Assembly: GCA_039194325.1 (NCBI GenBank)
Contig: JBCCWC010000003.1
Coordinates: 96,001-160,000 of the forward strand
Source: Myxococcota bacterium
Lineage (GTDB): Bacteria; Myxococcota_A; Polyangia; Nannocystales; Nannocystaceae
Reading direction: 5' to 3'
Length of the DNA: 64,000 nt
This document shows positions 43,416-53,198 of the stretch, piece after piece. The notes beneath the pieces were generated by a model. It was given only the letters and a program-made list of their open reading frames with translations, made no database searches and had not been told where the DNA came from. The position numbers and the translations under genes were made by a program. Position 1 is the stretch's first letter; each line of letters begins with the position of its first letter.

Positions 43416-44687
43416 ATGCTAACACTAGTCGAAGCTCTGAACTATCGCTGTCTGCGTTTCGTGCGGAGGCCACTATCATCATTTCAGGTCATGGTAGGAC
43501 CCAATGCGAGCGGAAAGACTACATTTCTAGACATCATCTCCTTTATGCGTGATCTTCTATCGGAGGGGTTGGAGCCTGCGGTCCGTATGCGAACTCAAGA
43601 CTTCCGAGATCTCGTGTGGCAGCGAGCTGAATCCGGGTTCTTCGAGATGGCCGTAGAGGCAAAGGTACCTGTGGATCGTAGGCAGAAAATCAACTCTCGA
43701 CTAGAGTATGATTATGTTCGGTACCAGATTAGAATAAGTCTCAACGAAGAGCGAAATCAATACGGTATAGAAGAGGAATCAGTATTTTTGCTCAGTGATG
43801 AGGTAGATGAAGGAAATTCTTCACGAGAATCGTTTCCACTTCCACTGCAATCTCCTGATTCGATCCTGCTGTCATCATCGAGCCCTCAAGTACAACAGGT
43901 GATCAACAAAAGATCCGATGGGAATGACAGTTTCATTCCAGAAGCAGACATAGGAAAAGGCGCTCCTATATGGACTCCCTCGTTTCGACTTGGGCCGCGC
44001 AAGTCCGCTCTGGCGAATCTGCCCGACGACGAGGAGAAGTTCCCCGTATGCACATGGCTTCGCGAGCTCCTACTGGCCGGCGTGCAAAAGCTCATGCTCA
44101 ACAGCCTTGTGCTGCGAGAAGCGAGCCCGCCGGGGATGGGGCGTTCATTCCGACCTGATGGCTCGAATTTACCGTGGGTCATCAGTGATCTCGAAAAGAA
44201 TGATCCCGAGCGAGTAACGGCCTGGATCGAGCACCTGGGAACCGCTCTGCTGGACATCGAAGGCTTGAGGACATCGGAGATCCCCGATGTTCACCGGCGG
44301 TTCTTGAGCATCAAGTATCGAGGTGGGCTCGAAGTACCTTCGTGGACAGCATCGGACGGCACGCTGCGAATGCTCGCTCTGACTCTGCTGGCATATCTCC
44401 CCAATCTCTCCGGAATATTCTTGATCGAAGAACCAGAGAACGGAATTCATCCCAAAGCGGTCGAGGCGGTATTCCAGTCGCTCCGCTCCGTGCTTGGCGC
44501 GCAAGTCTTGATGGCGACCCATTCGCCGGTAATCCTTGCAATGGCCGATCCTGGTGATGTTCTCTGTTTTGCAAAGGACGAGTCAGGCGCAACCGACATC
44601 GTGACCGGAGCAGAGCATCCAGCACTCAGGGAGTGGAAAGGCAACCCCTCCCTGGGTACATTGTTTGCCGGCGGTGTTCTGGGATGA
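43416..44687 (+). CDS. AAA_21/ABC-type ATPase of defence systems (MADS Mad3-like)
   Basis: NYRCL, VGPNASGKTT, DGSNLPW, SDGTLR, IEEPENGIHP, ATHSP; low GC. Confidence 0.85.
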   Translation: MLTLVEALNYRCLRFVRRPLSSFQVMVGPNASGKTTFLDIISFMRDLLSEGLEPAVRMRTQDFRDLVWQRAESGFFEMAVEAKVPVDRRQKINSRLEYDYVRYQIRISLNEERNQYGIEEESVFLLSDEVDEGNSSRESFPLPLQSPDSILLSSSSPQVQQVINKRSDGNDSFIPEADIGKGAPIWTPSFRLGPRKSALANLPDDEEKFPVCTWLRELLLAGVQKLMLNSLVLREASPPGMGRSFRPDGSNLPWVISDLEKNDPERVTAWIEHLGTALLDIEGLRTSEIPDVHRRFLSIKYRGGLEVPSWTASDGTLRMLALTLLAYLPNLSGIFLIEEPENGIHPKAVEAVFQSLRSVLGAQVLMATHSPVILAMADPGDVLCFAKDESGATDIVTGAEHPALREWKGNPSLGTLFAGGVLG

Positions 44688-45323
44688 CTTCACAACCCAA
44701 AGATCTGCTCTTGCTTGTCGCCGATGCAGACATTGAACAGACGATGCGCGGGTTGCTCGAAAATCCACGGCGGCTCGGAATCAGGCCTGTCAGCTACGAG
44801 ATCAAGCGTCACCTGGAGAGGGATGCTGGTTGTGCTCGCCATTCCATCGGGTTTTTGCGCCTGTTCTGCAAGCAGTTTCGCCGTGCTCTTGTCATATTCG
44901 ACCACGAGGGCTCAGATCGAGAGTCGGAGACCCGTGAAGCCCTCGAATCATCGTTGGAGCAGGAGCTTGCTCGCAATGGATGGAAGGCTGAGTCGGTCCG
45001 GGTCATTGCCCTCGAGCCTGAGATTGAAGCGTGGGTCTGGAGTCCGTCGATACATGTAGCCAAGGTGCTGGGCTGGGATGATTGGGATCATCTTCGGAGC
45101 TGGTTGGTCGACCGTCAGATGTTGGATCAGCGGTCCAACAAACCCGAGCGACCGAAAGAGGCGATGCTTGCTGCTTGCTCTACGAGAACAACGCCTTCCA
45201 TTCTCCGCGTCGCTGTTTGGAAAGCTGGCTCGAAGTGTGAGCCATCGTGGGTGTGAGGATCCTTCGTTTGGCAAGTTGCGCTCGGTCCTCCATCGGTGGT
45301 TCGGAGCTACAGGAACAACATGA
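44684..45323 (+). pseudogene. Mad4-like/TOPRIM-like partner protein, frameshifted near 45165-45178
   Basis: ATGA overlap with ATPase; KDLLLLVAD...RLGIRP...DAGC...FDHEG...PEIEAWVW...KPERPKEA in one frame; SASLFGKLARSVS..CEDPSF..L...L.RWF in the +1 frame. Confidence 0.75.
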
Positions 45324-45356
45324 ACAAGGTGAGGATACAATCCTCGGATTGAGGTC

Positions 45357-47018
45357 ATGACCGGCTATTGCTTCGAGCAGTTCGGGCGGCGGGTGGTGGT
45401 GGACACCGCCGGTCAGGTCCTGCTCGCCGAGCTCGACGACCAAGCCAGCGGATCCGAGCGCACGCGAGATCCCTCGCCCGAAGATCCCTTCCGTCGCAAC
45501 CAAGACGACAGCTGGCGCGCGCCGGTCCACGCGTCGGTCAGCAGCGCCGGCCTGCGCTGCGATTTCACCCCGATGTTCGCCTTGATGGCGAAGCGCAAGG
45601 CCTTCGACGACCGGCTGCTGGCTCGCCTGGAGCACGTGCTGCACCACGGCGTCGCCGATCGTGAGGGCTCGGTCGGGCTCGTCGACCGTATTCGCCGGCA
45701 GCTGCCGTCGGGTACCGAGATGCGCGGCCTGCTCGACGCGGCGCTCCACCTGGTCCGGGGGTCGTGGCCCGAACAGAGCGCCGACGAGGAATCGGCCCGT
45801 CGGTGGGTGGCCTGCTTCGAGGTGGATCCGATCCAGAGCCAGCCGATCGGCGTCTACACCCGCTCTTCGGCGCTCCAGCGGATCTTTCGGCACGACCGGC
45901 TGCTCCAGTGGCGCCTCGGCTCGAGCGAAGCGAGCGCCATCGCCGAGGTGCTGCGTGGCGAGCCCACGCTCCTTGCCGCCTATCGATCGCACCTGGTCTT
46001 GATCTCGCGGATCAACGGGCCCTTTGCGACCCCTCCCGTGCTCGAGCCGGAGGAGCTGACCGCGATCTTCCCCGCGTCGGACTCGATGATGGCGCGGCTG
46101 CTCGAAGATCGGTTTGGGAACCGGCCGATCCCCCACGACTTTGCCCTGGGCGCCGAGCTCGTGGCTCGGATCCGCGATGGTCGCTTGCCGACCGAGCCCG
46201 GCGAGGACGACGGCTGGTATGCCTACAAGCTCCACGCCGACGCTGCGCTGCTTTCTCCTTGCACCGAGGGCCTGCGGGTGGGCCCGCGCTACGCCGAGGA
46301 GCTCGAGCAAACCTTTCAGTCGCTGATCACGTGCGATCGGCAGACCCACGTCAAGCAGCTCGAGCGCCTGGTGCTCGGTGGAATTCCCTTTTCGGTCGCG
46401 CCCCGGGTGACGGTGGAGCCCCTGCCCGATCACTACGCTCGCGTAGCCGAGGGCTACCGCTTCTTGCGAGAGCAGCTGAGCGAGCACCTGGGTGTGTCGG
46501 TGGTCCGCGGGATCCAGATCGACGACTATGGTCGGGTCGGGCCCTCGATCCACGATGCATTGCTGGAGATCGAGCTGTTGATGCGCGGCGCTCAGGTGGT
46601 CTCACGTGCGGAGCTGGGGCATCCGCTTCCGAGTACCACCCTACACGACGCGGCCCAGTCGGTATTTCGCTCGTGGCAGCGCCGCTCCGCCGACGACCCG
46701 GATCTCGCCCTCGATCTGGCCGCGATCACGCCGATCTTTTACGACATCGAGCGAAGGACCACCCGGATCTGCGCCACCTTGGGCGTGGAGACGCGATCAC
46801 TGCGTTTCGAATTCGTCGAGCGCCCGGCAGTGTCGGTCTTCGGCGAGGCGACGCACGGCTCGAACGAGCCGAGCTACCCGCCGGCGCGCCACCTGGTGAT
46901 GTGTCCGATCACCATCGAGTGTGACGTGAAGACACTGCCCAGCCGCGAGCAATTGCGCAAGCTGTGCGACGAGCACGAGCACCCCGCGGCCATCAAGGCG
47001 GCCCTGGAAGCTCGGTGA
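45357..47018 (+). CDS. Hypothetical protein
   Basis: 553-aa ORF, GAGG RBS, host-like codon usage; no recognised motif. Confidence 0.75.
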   Translation: MTGYCFEQFGRRVVVDTAGQVLLAELDDQASGSERTRDPSPEDPFRRNQDDSWRAPVHASVSSAGLRCDFTPMFALMAKRKAFDDRLLARLEHVLHHGVADREGSVGLVDRIRRQLPSGTEMRGLLDAALHLVRGSWPEQSADEESARRWVACFEVDPIQSQPIGVYTRSSALQRIFRHDRLLQWRLGSSEASAIAEVLRGEPTLLAAYRSHLVLISRINGPFATPPVLEPEELTAIFPASDSMMARLLEDRFGNRPIPHDFALGAELVARIRDGRLPTEPGEDDGWYAYKLHADAALLSPCTEGLRVGPRYAEELEQTFQSLITCDRQTHVKQLERLVLGGIPFSVAPRVTVEPLPDHYARVAEGYRFLREQLSEHLGVSVVRGIQIDDYGRVGPSIHDALLEIELLMRGAQVVSRAELGHPLPSTTLHDAAQSVFRSWQRRSADDPDLALDLAAITPIFYDIERRTTRICATLGVETRSLRFEFVERPAVSVFGEATHGSNEPSYPPARHLVMCPITIECDVKTLPSREQLRKLCDEHEHPAAIKAALEAR

Positions 47019-48498
47019 GCGACGGTATGGCGTCCAGGTCTTGCAGTGAGAGGTGCGCACCATGCGGGGACGACAAATAAGTCAGGATCTCTCCCATGCC
47101 GACGCCGTCATGGTCGCGCTCGTCTCGCCAAGTGCCCGCTTGAGGTCGCAACCGGAGCGCCCGAGTAGAGACTGATGCGGGCTTCTTCTCATTCCCTCTG
47201 TCGATCGTCACGCGAATCATGACCGTCTTGGCAAACAGGAGGTCGTTAGACTCTTGTAGCTGAACGAAACCAGGACTATGAGTATTGACGATGACTTGCC
47301 GAAGAGCGTTGTCGCAACCAGGTCTTTCGGCTGCGTCGACGGCAATGTCCTGCAACAGTTCGACCATCGCCGGTAATTGCAAGGGATGGATCCCGTTCTC
47401 GGGTTCCTCCATGCATATGAGACCCAGGACGCTGGGGTCACTGTCCATTATGCTGAGGGCCAGGAACCGCAGGGTTCCGTCGGAGAGTGATCGAGCAGGG
47501 AAAAACCCCCCTGTTCCTTGACGGAGCTCAAGTGTCAACAGCTCACGCCGATCATCCCGGTCGATTCGGATCTCTCGGGCGTCGATGAGCCGGGCAAGTC
47601 GCCGGGTTACCTCGGTATAGAACCGCCGCGGATTGAGCTCCGCTTCGTCGCGAGCGTTGCTTTCGTCGATGGCTTCTGTCGGCTGCGTCGCGAGTCGATA
47701 GAGCGAGGCCGGCATGTGGGCGCCGTTGGATGCGATCTGCGTGGGCGCAGTGAATGCGTCGGGGCTTCGCATGGCCGTGGGTTCGAGCGCGATGATCCTC
47801 CAGCTCTGCATCTCGCGACGCGCCGCGAGTATGGTGGGATCCGAGGCCGTATTGGTCGTGCACACGGCGGTGCGAGGTGCAGTATTCGCCGGAGAAGGTC
47901 GGGGAAGGCCTCGGCTGCCGCCGTCTTGGTGGATATTGATGGTATAGATATCGGTGTCATCGTCTTTGGTGGTGGAAATGAACCCGGACCCGCTATGTCG
48001 GGTACTTGAGATGACTGCGTCACGAAAGGGCTTACTCGCCCAGGCGATATGATCCTTTGCATCGCCTTGCTTGATATAGTCAAGAGACTCATACTGAAGC
48101 ACTAGTCGCCCCAGCCTAGCCAATTTAGTGGATGGTAGCTCGTAGCCGAGTCGAAGCTCATAACGCAGGAAAGTCGATGTTGCCTTTGCCTCCCTACCAA
48201 AATCGTCAGTGACGATCTGCGGAACGATCATCTCTACGATGAAGCTCATCTGCTCGAGACGTCGCTCGCCATCCGACCAAAACAGCTCTCTCGGATCACT
48301 CGCACGTCCTTGCGTAGAGCGAACGCGCTGTGCTGCTTCCATGATGGGGAGGTCGGTGAGCAGCGATAGAAAGTGAATAGCGTCGAAGATGTTCGACTTT
48401 CCCGCCCCATTTGGCCCAGCAATACAAGTGAACGGACCAAAGTCGATCTTCAACCCCAGGAGGTTCTTGAAACCGTTGACTTCGAGTCGCGTCAGCAT
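46993..48498 (-). CDS. AAA_21/ABC-type ATPase (defence-associated family)
   Basis: GFKNL, AGPNGAGKSN, LSDGTLRFL, MEEPENGIHP, VNTHSP; lower GC. Confidence 0.85.
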   Translation of the reverse strand: MLTRLEVNGFKNLLGLKIDFGPFTCIAGPNGAGKSNIFDAIHFLSLLTDLPIMEAAQRVRSTQGRASDPRELFWSDGERRLEQMSFIVEMIVPQIVTDDFGREAKATSTFLRYELRLGYELPSTKLARLGRLVLQYESLDYIKQGDAKDHIAWASKPFRDAVISSTRHSGSGFISTTKDDDTDIYTINIHQDGGSRGLPRPSPANTAPRTAVCTTNTASDPTILAARREMQSWRIIALEPTAMRSPDAFTAPTQIASNGAHMPASLYRLATQPTEAIDESNARDEAELNPRRFYTEVTRRLARLIDAREIRIDRDDRRELLTLELRQGTGGFFPARSLSDGTLRFLALSIMDSDPSVLGLICMEEPENGIHPLQLPAMVELLQDIAVDAAERPGCDNALRQVIVNTHSPGFVQLQESNDLLFAKTVMIRVTIDRGNEKKPASVSTRALRLRPQAGTWRDERDHDGVGMGEILTYLSSPHGAHLSLQDLDAIPSLTELPGPP

Positions 48499-48579
48499 GA
48501 ATTCCTACGTGTTCGAGAAGAGGGTATCATCACGATGCATCACGCGTCGGGCGAGCGCGCGAAGCAGCCACCACCACCC

Positions 48580-49425
48580 TCACCCCTTACGCTTGCGCTT
48601 GCGCTTGGCCTCGCGGGCAGGTCGCAGCGCCTTGCGAGCGCGCTTGATCAGCGCTCGAGCCAGCGTGTCCTCCGAGTCGGCCTCGGCCTCCGCCTTCGAT
48701 AGCAGCTCCAGCGCGCGCTCGACCTCGGAATCTCGCCCGGTCCGCGCCAAGCTGATGGCCAGCGCCGCGCCAGCCTGCGGGTGACCGTCGAGCTCCTCGT
48801 ACGCCGCCTCGAGGTGCTCGCGCGCCTGCTCGGCTCGTGCGGACTCATCGAGCGTGACCACGCCCAGATCCAGTCGGTCCCGGGCGGTCAGCGCCCCGGC
48901 CTCTTGCAGCGCGACGAGGTGCTCGCGAGCACCGGCGCGATCGTCCGCCAGCATCAACGCCCGGGCCTGGGCGCTACGCATCACGCTCATGGTGGGATCA
49001 CCGAGCACCCGCGCGGTGTCGGCAAACGACTGCGCCGCGCCACGCCCATCCCCTTGGGCGAGGTACAGCCGCCCTTTTTGTAGCGTCACCCAGGCATCGG
49101 GAGCAAAGGCCGACACCAGCACGGACTTGCTCAGCGCCTCGATCTGCGCGGACGCAGCCTCCCGGTCGGCGGCCATGATCCGGGGCTCGCGCCGCACGAT
49201 CACCTGGTCGGTGATGATCGGGATCAACACGAACCCGAGCACGCCGACCACCATCAGCGAGTAGCTCACCGCGGGCCACGGCAGGGCCAGACCGATGAGC
49301 AGCATCATCGAGCCGAAGAGCGCGCGGGTCAGGCGGCCCTGGAGTGGGCGGCCGCTGCGGGACCACACCGACTTGGGGACGTGGACGTCCAGCAGGTCGG
49401 ATCGGGAGATGACGGGCTTGCTCAC
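48580..49425 (-). CDS. Membrane protein (2 TM) with TPR-like region
   Basis: Two hydrophobic segments followed by Ala/Leu-rich helical repeats and a basic tail; start uncertain. Confidence 0.7.
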   Translation of the reverse strand: MSKPVISRSDLLDVHVPKSVWSRSGRPLQGRLTRALFGSMMLLIGLALPWPAVSYSLMVVGVLGFVLIPIITDQVIVRREPRIMAADREAASAQIEALSKSVLVSAFAPDAWVTLQKGRLYLAQGDGRGAAQSFADTARVLGDPTMSVMRSAQARALMLADDRAGAREHLVALQEAGALTARDRLDLGVVTLDESARAEQAREHLEAAYEELDGHPQAGAALAISLARTGRDSEVERALELLSKAEAEADSEDTLARALIKRARKALRPAREAKRKRKRKG

Positions 49426-49508
49426 GGCGGCCAGGAGATACCCCGCAGGGTCCCAGCACCGCAATCGCACGGCTTTTGTCGGGTTAGGTGCCGGTGCGAG
49501 CTAGACTG

Positions 49509-50645
49509 GTGTCCGTGGTCCACATCGCCGCGGATCTCCCTCAGTTCCTTCAGCGCCGCGAGCTAGCGGCCTACGAGCAGCGTCTAGCGCGGATGGCCTA
49601 CGCCTATGGCGTCGACCTGCGCCGGGCCCAGTGGCTGGCCACGTCCACCGTGGTCGACCCCATCATGCGAGCGGTCGACCGCCGGTGGAGCCAGCTGGTC
49701 TCGAGCCTCGACGAGGATAGCCTCCACCCGCTCCGCAAGGCGCCGCCGACCGCGCTGCTCGAGGAGCTGTCTCGGCTGATCCATATGCTACGAGCCCCGC
49801 TGCCCACGCTGCGGATCCTTCGACGCGAGGTCGCCAGCCGGTGGCCGGCGATCACTCCCCTGGGCACGACCAAGGGCGGGATCCACTGGCTGGTCCTCGA
49901 TCTCGACCGCGTGATGCAGATGTCGGCGCCCGAGCGCACGTTCGCCCTGGCCTCGGGCCTGGGCCACTTGCAGTGCGAGCACGGGCCGATCTTCGCGACC
50001 CACCTCATGGCCGATCGCGGTCACCGGATGGGCTTGATGCGAAGCCTCTTGCGTCCGTGGGCCAAGGTCTCCGTGTTCTCCGCCGACCGCGCCGGGCTCG
50101 TCGCGGTGCGCTCGTTGTCGGTCGCCATCGAGACGATCGAGCGCCAAACCGCCGAGCAGGTGCCCTGGATGCCCCGCTGGCCCGAGCTGGCCGTGCGGCG
50201 CCAAGCCCTCGAAGACTTCGATCGCAGCGCGCTGATGGCCCGCCGACGGGTTCTCTCCGACGACGAAGGGGGCGGCTGGACGATGGCCCCGCCCGGCCGC
50301 GAAGAAGAGCTCGACTCGATCGGTCGCAAGCTCAGCGCCGCGTTCGGCGGCGCGCTACGCCTGGGCGGACGGCTGGCCATGAAGATCGAGGGCTACGAGC
50401 GGCGTCCCGACGGGGACAACGAAGACCGCGGGGATCCGAGCGAGGCCACCGCCGATGCGGCGCCGGCCGACGCCCGCCCAGACGACGCCGAGGCGTCCAC
50501 CGAGTCTCCCCCTCCCGAGCCTCCCCCTCCCGAGCCCCCCAAGCTCGATCCCGAGCGGGCCTCTGCGCTGGAGAAGGCCCTGCGCAACGCATGGACGCTC
50601 GCTCGCTGTGACTCGCGACTGACCCGGAGGCTCGGCCTGCTATGA
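49509..50645 (+). CDS. Degenerate peptidase M48-like protein lacking HExxH
   Basis: ERTFALASGLGHLQCEH and FSADRAGLVA resemble M48 ELxFxxGHExGH and ExSADRAGL; start uncertain (49488-49515). Confidence 0.6.
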   Translation: MSVVHIAADLPQFLQRRELAAYEQRLARMAYAYGVDLRRAQWLATSTVVDPIMRAVDRRWSQLVSSLDEDSLHPLRKAPPTALLEELSRLIHMLRAPLPTLRILRREVASRWPAITPLGTTKGGIHWLVLDLDRVMQMSAPERTFALASGLGHLQCEHGPIFATHLMADRGHRMGLMRSLLRPWAKVSVFSADRAGLVAVRSLSVAIETIERQTAEQVPWMPRWPELAVRRQALEDFDRSALMARRRVLSDDEGGGWTMAPPGREEELDSIGRKLSAAFGGALRLGGRLAMKIEGYERRPDGDNEDRGDPSEATADAAPADARPDDAEASTESPPPEPPPPEPPKLDPERASALEKALRNAWTLARCDSRLTRRLGLL

Positions 50646-52456
50646 CCACCGCTACATCTCCGTCCCCCGCCGATGCGCACGCATCCGACGAAGCCCGACG
50701 CACCCTGCTCGAGCAGGCCCAGGCCCTGGGATCTATCGCCACCGAGCTGGGTCTACCGTTGCTGGCACGCACGATCGACGCCGACACCCGCCGCCGCCTC
50801 GACGAACACCGCGTGCGGGCGGTGGTGCTGGGCGAGATCAAGCAGGGCAAGAGCACCCTCATCAACGCGATCCTTGGCCACGATGCCCTCCCCACCGGGG
50901 TCACTCCCACCACCGGCGCCGTGGCCACGGTGCGCGTCGGCGCCGAGCCGGGGATGTACCTGTGCACCGACCACGACCGATCCCCGGTGGAGCCCGAGCG
51001 CTTCGCCGCGCTGGCCACCGGGCGTGAGTCGCCCGATCAAGGGGCCACCCTCGAGCTGGTGGTGGCCGACGGCGCCTTGCCGCCCACCCTTGAGTTGCTC
51101 GACACGCCGGGCATGAACGACATCGAGCGGGTGCGCGGCGCGATCAGCCGAGGTGAGCTGCCGCGCGCCGACGTGCTGGTGCTGGTGCTCGACGCCACCC
51201 AGCTGCTCAATCGCACCGAAATGGCATTCTTGCGCGATGCGGTGTCGGCCGTGGGAGGCCTGGCCGGCTCCGGGGCGCGCCTCTTGCTGGCCATCAACCG
51301 GATCGACCTGGTCGCCGAGTCGGATCGTCCGCTGCTGGTCGACCATCTGCGTCGCGAGGTCCGGGCGCTGGCCGGCGACGAGGGCCAGGCCGCGATCGAG
51401 ATCTTCCAAACCGACGCCCGGGGGGCGCTGCGTCGTCCCGAGGAGGCCTCGCCGGGCATCGAGCAGGTGCGGCAGCTGCGACAGCGGCTCGTAGAGATCG
51501 CCGAAGGGCATGCCGATGTACTACCGGCCCGGGCTCGAGCCGCGCTGGCCCGGCACGCCTCGCTGCTGGCCCACAACGCCGCGATTGCGGCCCGAGCCCT
51601 CACCCTCGAGGAGCTGGCCTTGCGCCGCGAGATCCGTTCGATCGAGCGCGAGGTGGTCGACCACGAGTCCGACTTGGTCGTGCTCCGCGAGCAACTGGCC
51701 GCCGGTCAGGCCAAGCTCCAGGAGCAGAGCGAAGGCCGGATCGATCGCTTCCGCGACGATCTGCGCGCCAGCACGCTGTCGTGCATCGACGCCGCCAACC
51801 TGCGGATCCTCTCCCACCACCTGCCCGGCTCGTTGCACGACGCGTTCTTGGCGTTTGCGCGCGAGGAATCGGAGCGCCTGCGGGTCGAGCTCGACGAGCT
51901 CACGCGTCAGGCCATGCGCACCCACGGCGAGCAAGCTCGGCGCCGCCTGTTCCAGGCGACGATGCGGCTGGGCTTTCGGGGGCCGCCGATCTACGTCGAC
52001 CCGCCCTCTGTCGTGCTCGAAGCGGGCTTGGTGGCGATCGGGCTGGCGGGCACCGCGGTGATGTACTTCGGGAGCATGGTGGCGGGGCTCACCATGACGG
52101 TGGCCGGGCCCCTGGCCACCGTATTCCTGCGAGAGAAGTCTCTGCGCGACGCCCGGGCTCGGGCCAAAGAAGAGTTACCCGGCGCGCTGGAGCGGGCGAG
52201 CGAGGCCTTGCGCGAGAGCATTCGCCGCGTGGTCGAGCAGCATGTCTCGGCCGTAGAAGAACACCTCGTGCTGGCCAACGTCGCGCTGGGGCGGCAGCTG
52301 GTCTCGGTGCTCGAGCTGGCGCGTGAACGTTTGGGCCACGACGACGCGCCGGACGCTGCCGAGCGCCGGGCCAAGGCACAAGAGCGCATGCTGCAGCTGG
52401 AGCAGAAGCTCTACGAGCTTCGACACGCGCTGCGCCCGAGTGTGCCGGAGGGGTAG
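50642..52456 (+). CDS. Bacterial dynamin-like GTPase
   Basis: G1 GEIKQGKST, G2 PTGVTPTT, G3 LLDTPG, G4 INRID; long helical stalk; hydrophobic hairpin near the C-terminus. Confidence 0.9.
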   Translation: MTTATSPSPADAHASDEARRTLLEQAQALGSIATELGLPLLARTIDADTRRRLDEHRVRAVVLGEIKQGKSTLINAILGHDALPTGVTPTTGAVATVRVGAEPGMYLCTDHDRSPVEPERFAALATGRESPDQGATLELVVADGALPPTLELLDTPGMNDIERVRGAISRGELPRADVLVLVLDATQLLNRTEMAFLRDAVSAVGGLAGSGARLLLAINRIDLVAESDRPLLVDHLRREVRALAGDEGQAAIEIFQTDARGALRRPEEASPGIEQVRQLRQRLVEIAEGHADVLPARARAALARHASLLAHNAAIAARALTLEELALRREIRSIEREVVDHESDLVVLREQLAAGQAKLQEQSEGRIDRFRDDLRASTLSCIDAANLRILSHHLPGSLHDAFLAFAREESERLRVELDELTRQAMRTHGEQARRRLFQATMRLGFRGPPIYVDPPSVVLEAGLVAIGLAGTAVMYFGSMVAGLTMTVAGPLATVFLREKSLRDARARAKEELPGALERASEALRESIRRVVEQHVSAVEEHLVLANVALGRQLVSVLELARERLGHDDAPDAAERRAKAQERMLQLEQKLYELRHALRPSVPEG

Positions 52457-52752
52457 GCTCGTGGCTCACCGGGGTCAAGCTGGGGCCGGGCGCCCGGTGT
52501 CCAGCGCCCGGGGTCGAGGGCCCAGCACCCTGCGTAGGTCATGGAAATCGTGGCGGTGACCGTGATCGGGAGGGTGGCCCATCGGGATCGTCGCGCTCGG
52601 ACGAGGAATCGTTCGCTTCGGTGCGCTAGGGAGTCGCGGGCCGGGCACGAATATGGCACCTTGATCTCATGGGGGAGCGGGACGAAGAAGGATTGCGGGC
52701 GCCGGTTCGAAGCGAGCTGCAGGCCAGTCGTGCTCACCATGAGAAGGCGTAC

Positions 52753-53088
52753 ATGAGCGAGCTGGGTCACCGGCTTCGAAGCCTTCGCGAGGAACGAGGG
52801 ATGACGCAGCAGGTGGTCGCGCAGGCGGCCGGGATCGCGACCGACATGGTGTCGCGGTTAGAGAACGGTCACTACAGCAGCCCGGGGCTCCGTACCTTGC
52901 TGCGGATCGCCGAGGGGATGGGGCTCACCGTCTCGGCGTTGCTGCCGGACATGCCGAGCCTCAATCAGGCCAGCCCCGAGGCCAACCTACGGGCGCGGCT
53001 CAATACGCTGCTGCATCGGGTGGACCTCGACGACCTCGAGCTTATCGTCGAGATCGCGGGCACGATCGTCGCTCGGCGTCGGCACTGA
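52753..53088 (+). CDS. XRE-family HTH transcriptional regulator
   Basis: LGHRLRSLREERGMTQQVVAQAAGIATDMVSRLENG..SPGLRTL. Confidence 0.92.
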   Translation: MSELGHRLRSLREERGMTQQVVAQAAGIATDMVSRLENGHYSSPGLRTLLRIAEGMGLTVSALLPDMPSLNQASPEANLRARLNTLLHRVDLDDLELIVEIAGTIVARRRH

Positions 53089-53156
53089 GGCGAGCGTCGG
53101 GCTCCGCGGGCAGTCGAGCGCCACGCTCGACCGTACCTGGGTCCTCGGTCGGGTCG

Positions 53157-53192
53157 CCCGGACCCGGACCCGGACCCGGACCCGGACCCGGA
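53157..53192. repeat. (CCCGGA)6 microsatellite between convergent genes, preceded by a hairpin
   Basis: Six exact copies; GTCGAGC...GCTCGAC stem at 53113-53131. Confidence 0.9.
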
Positions 53193-53198
53193 CTGGGA

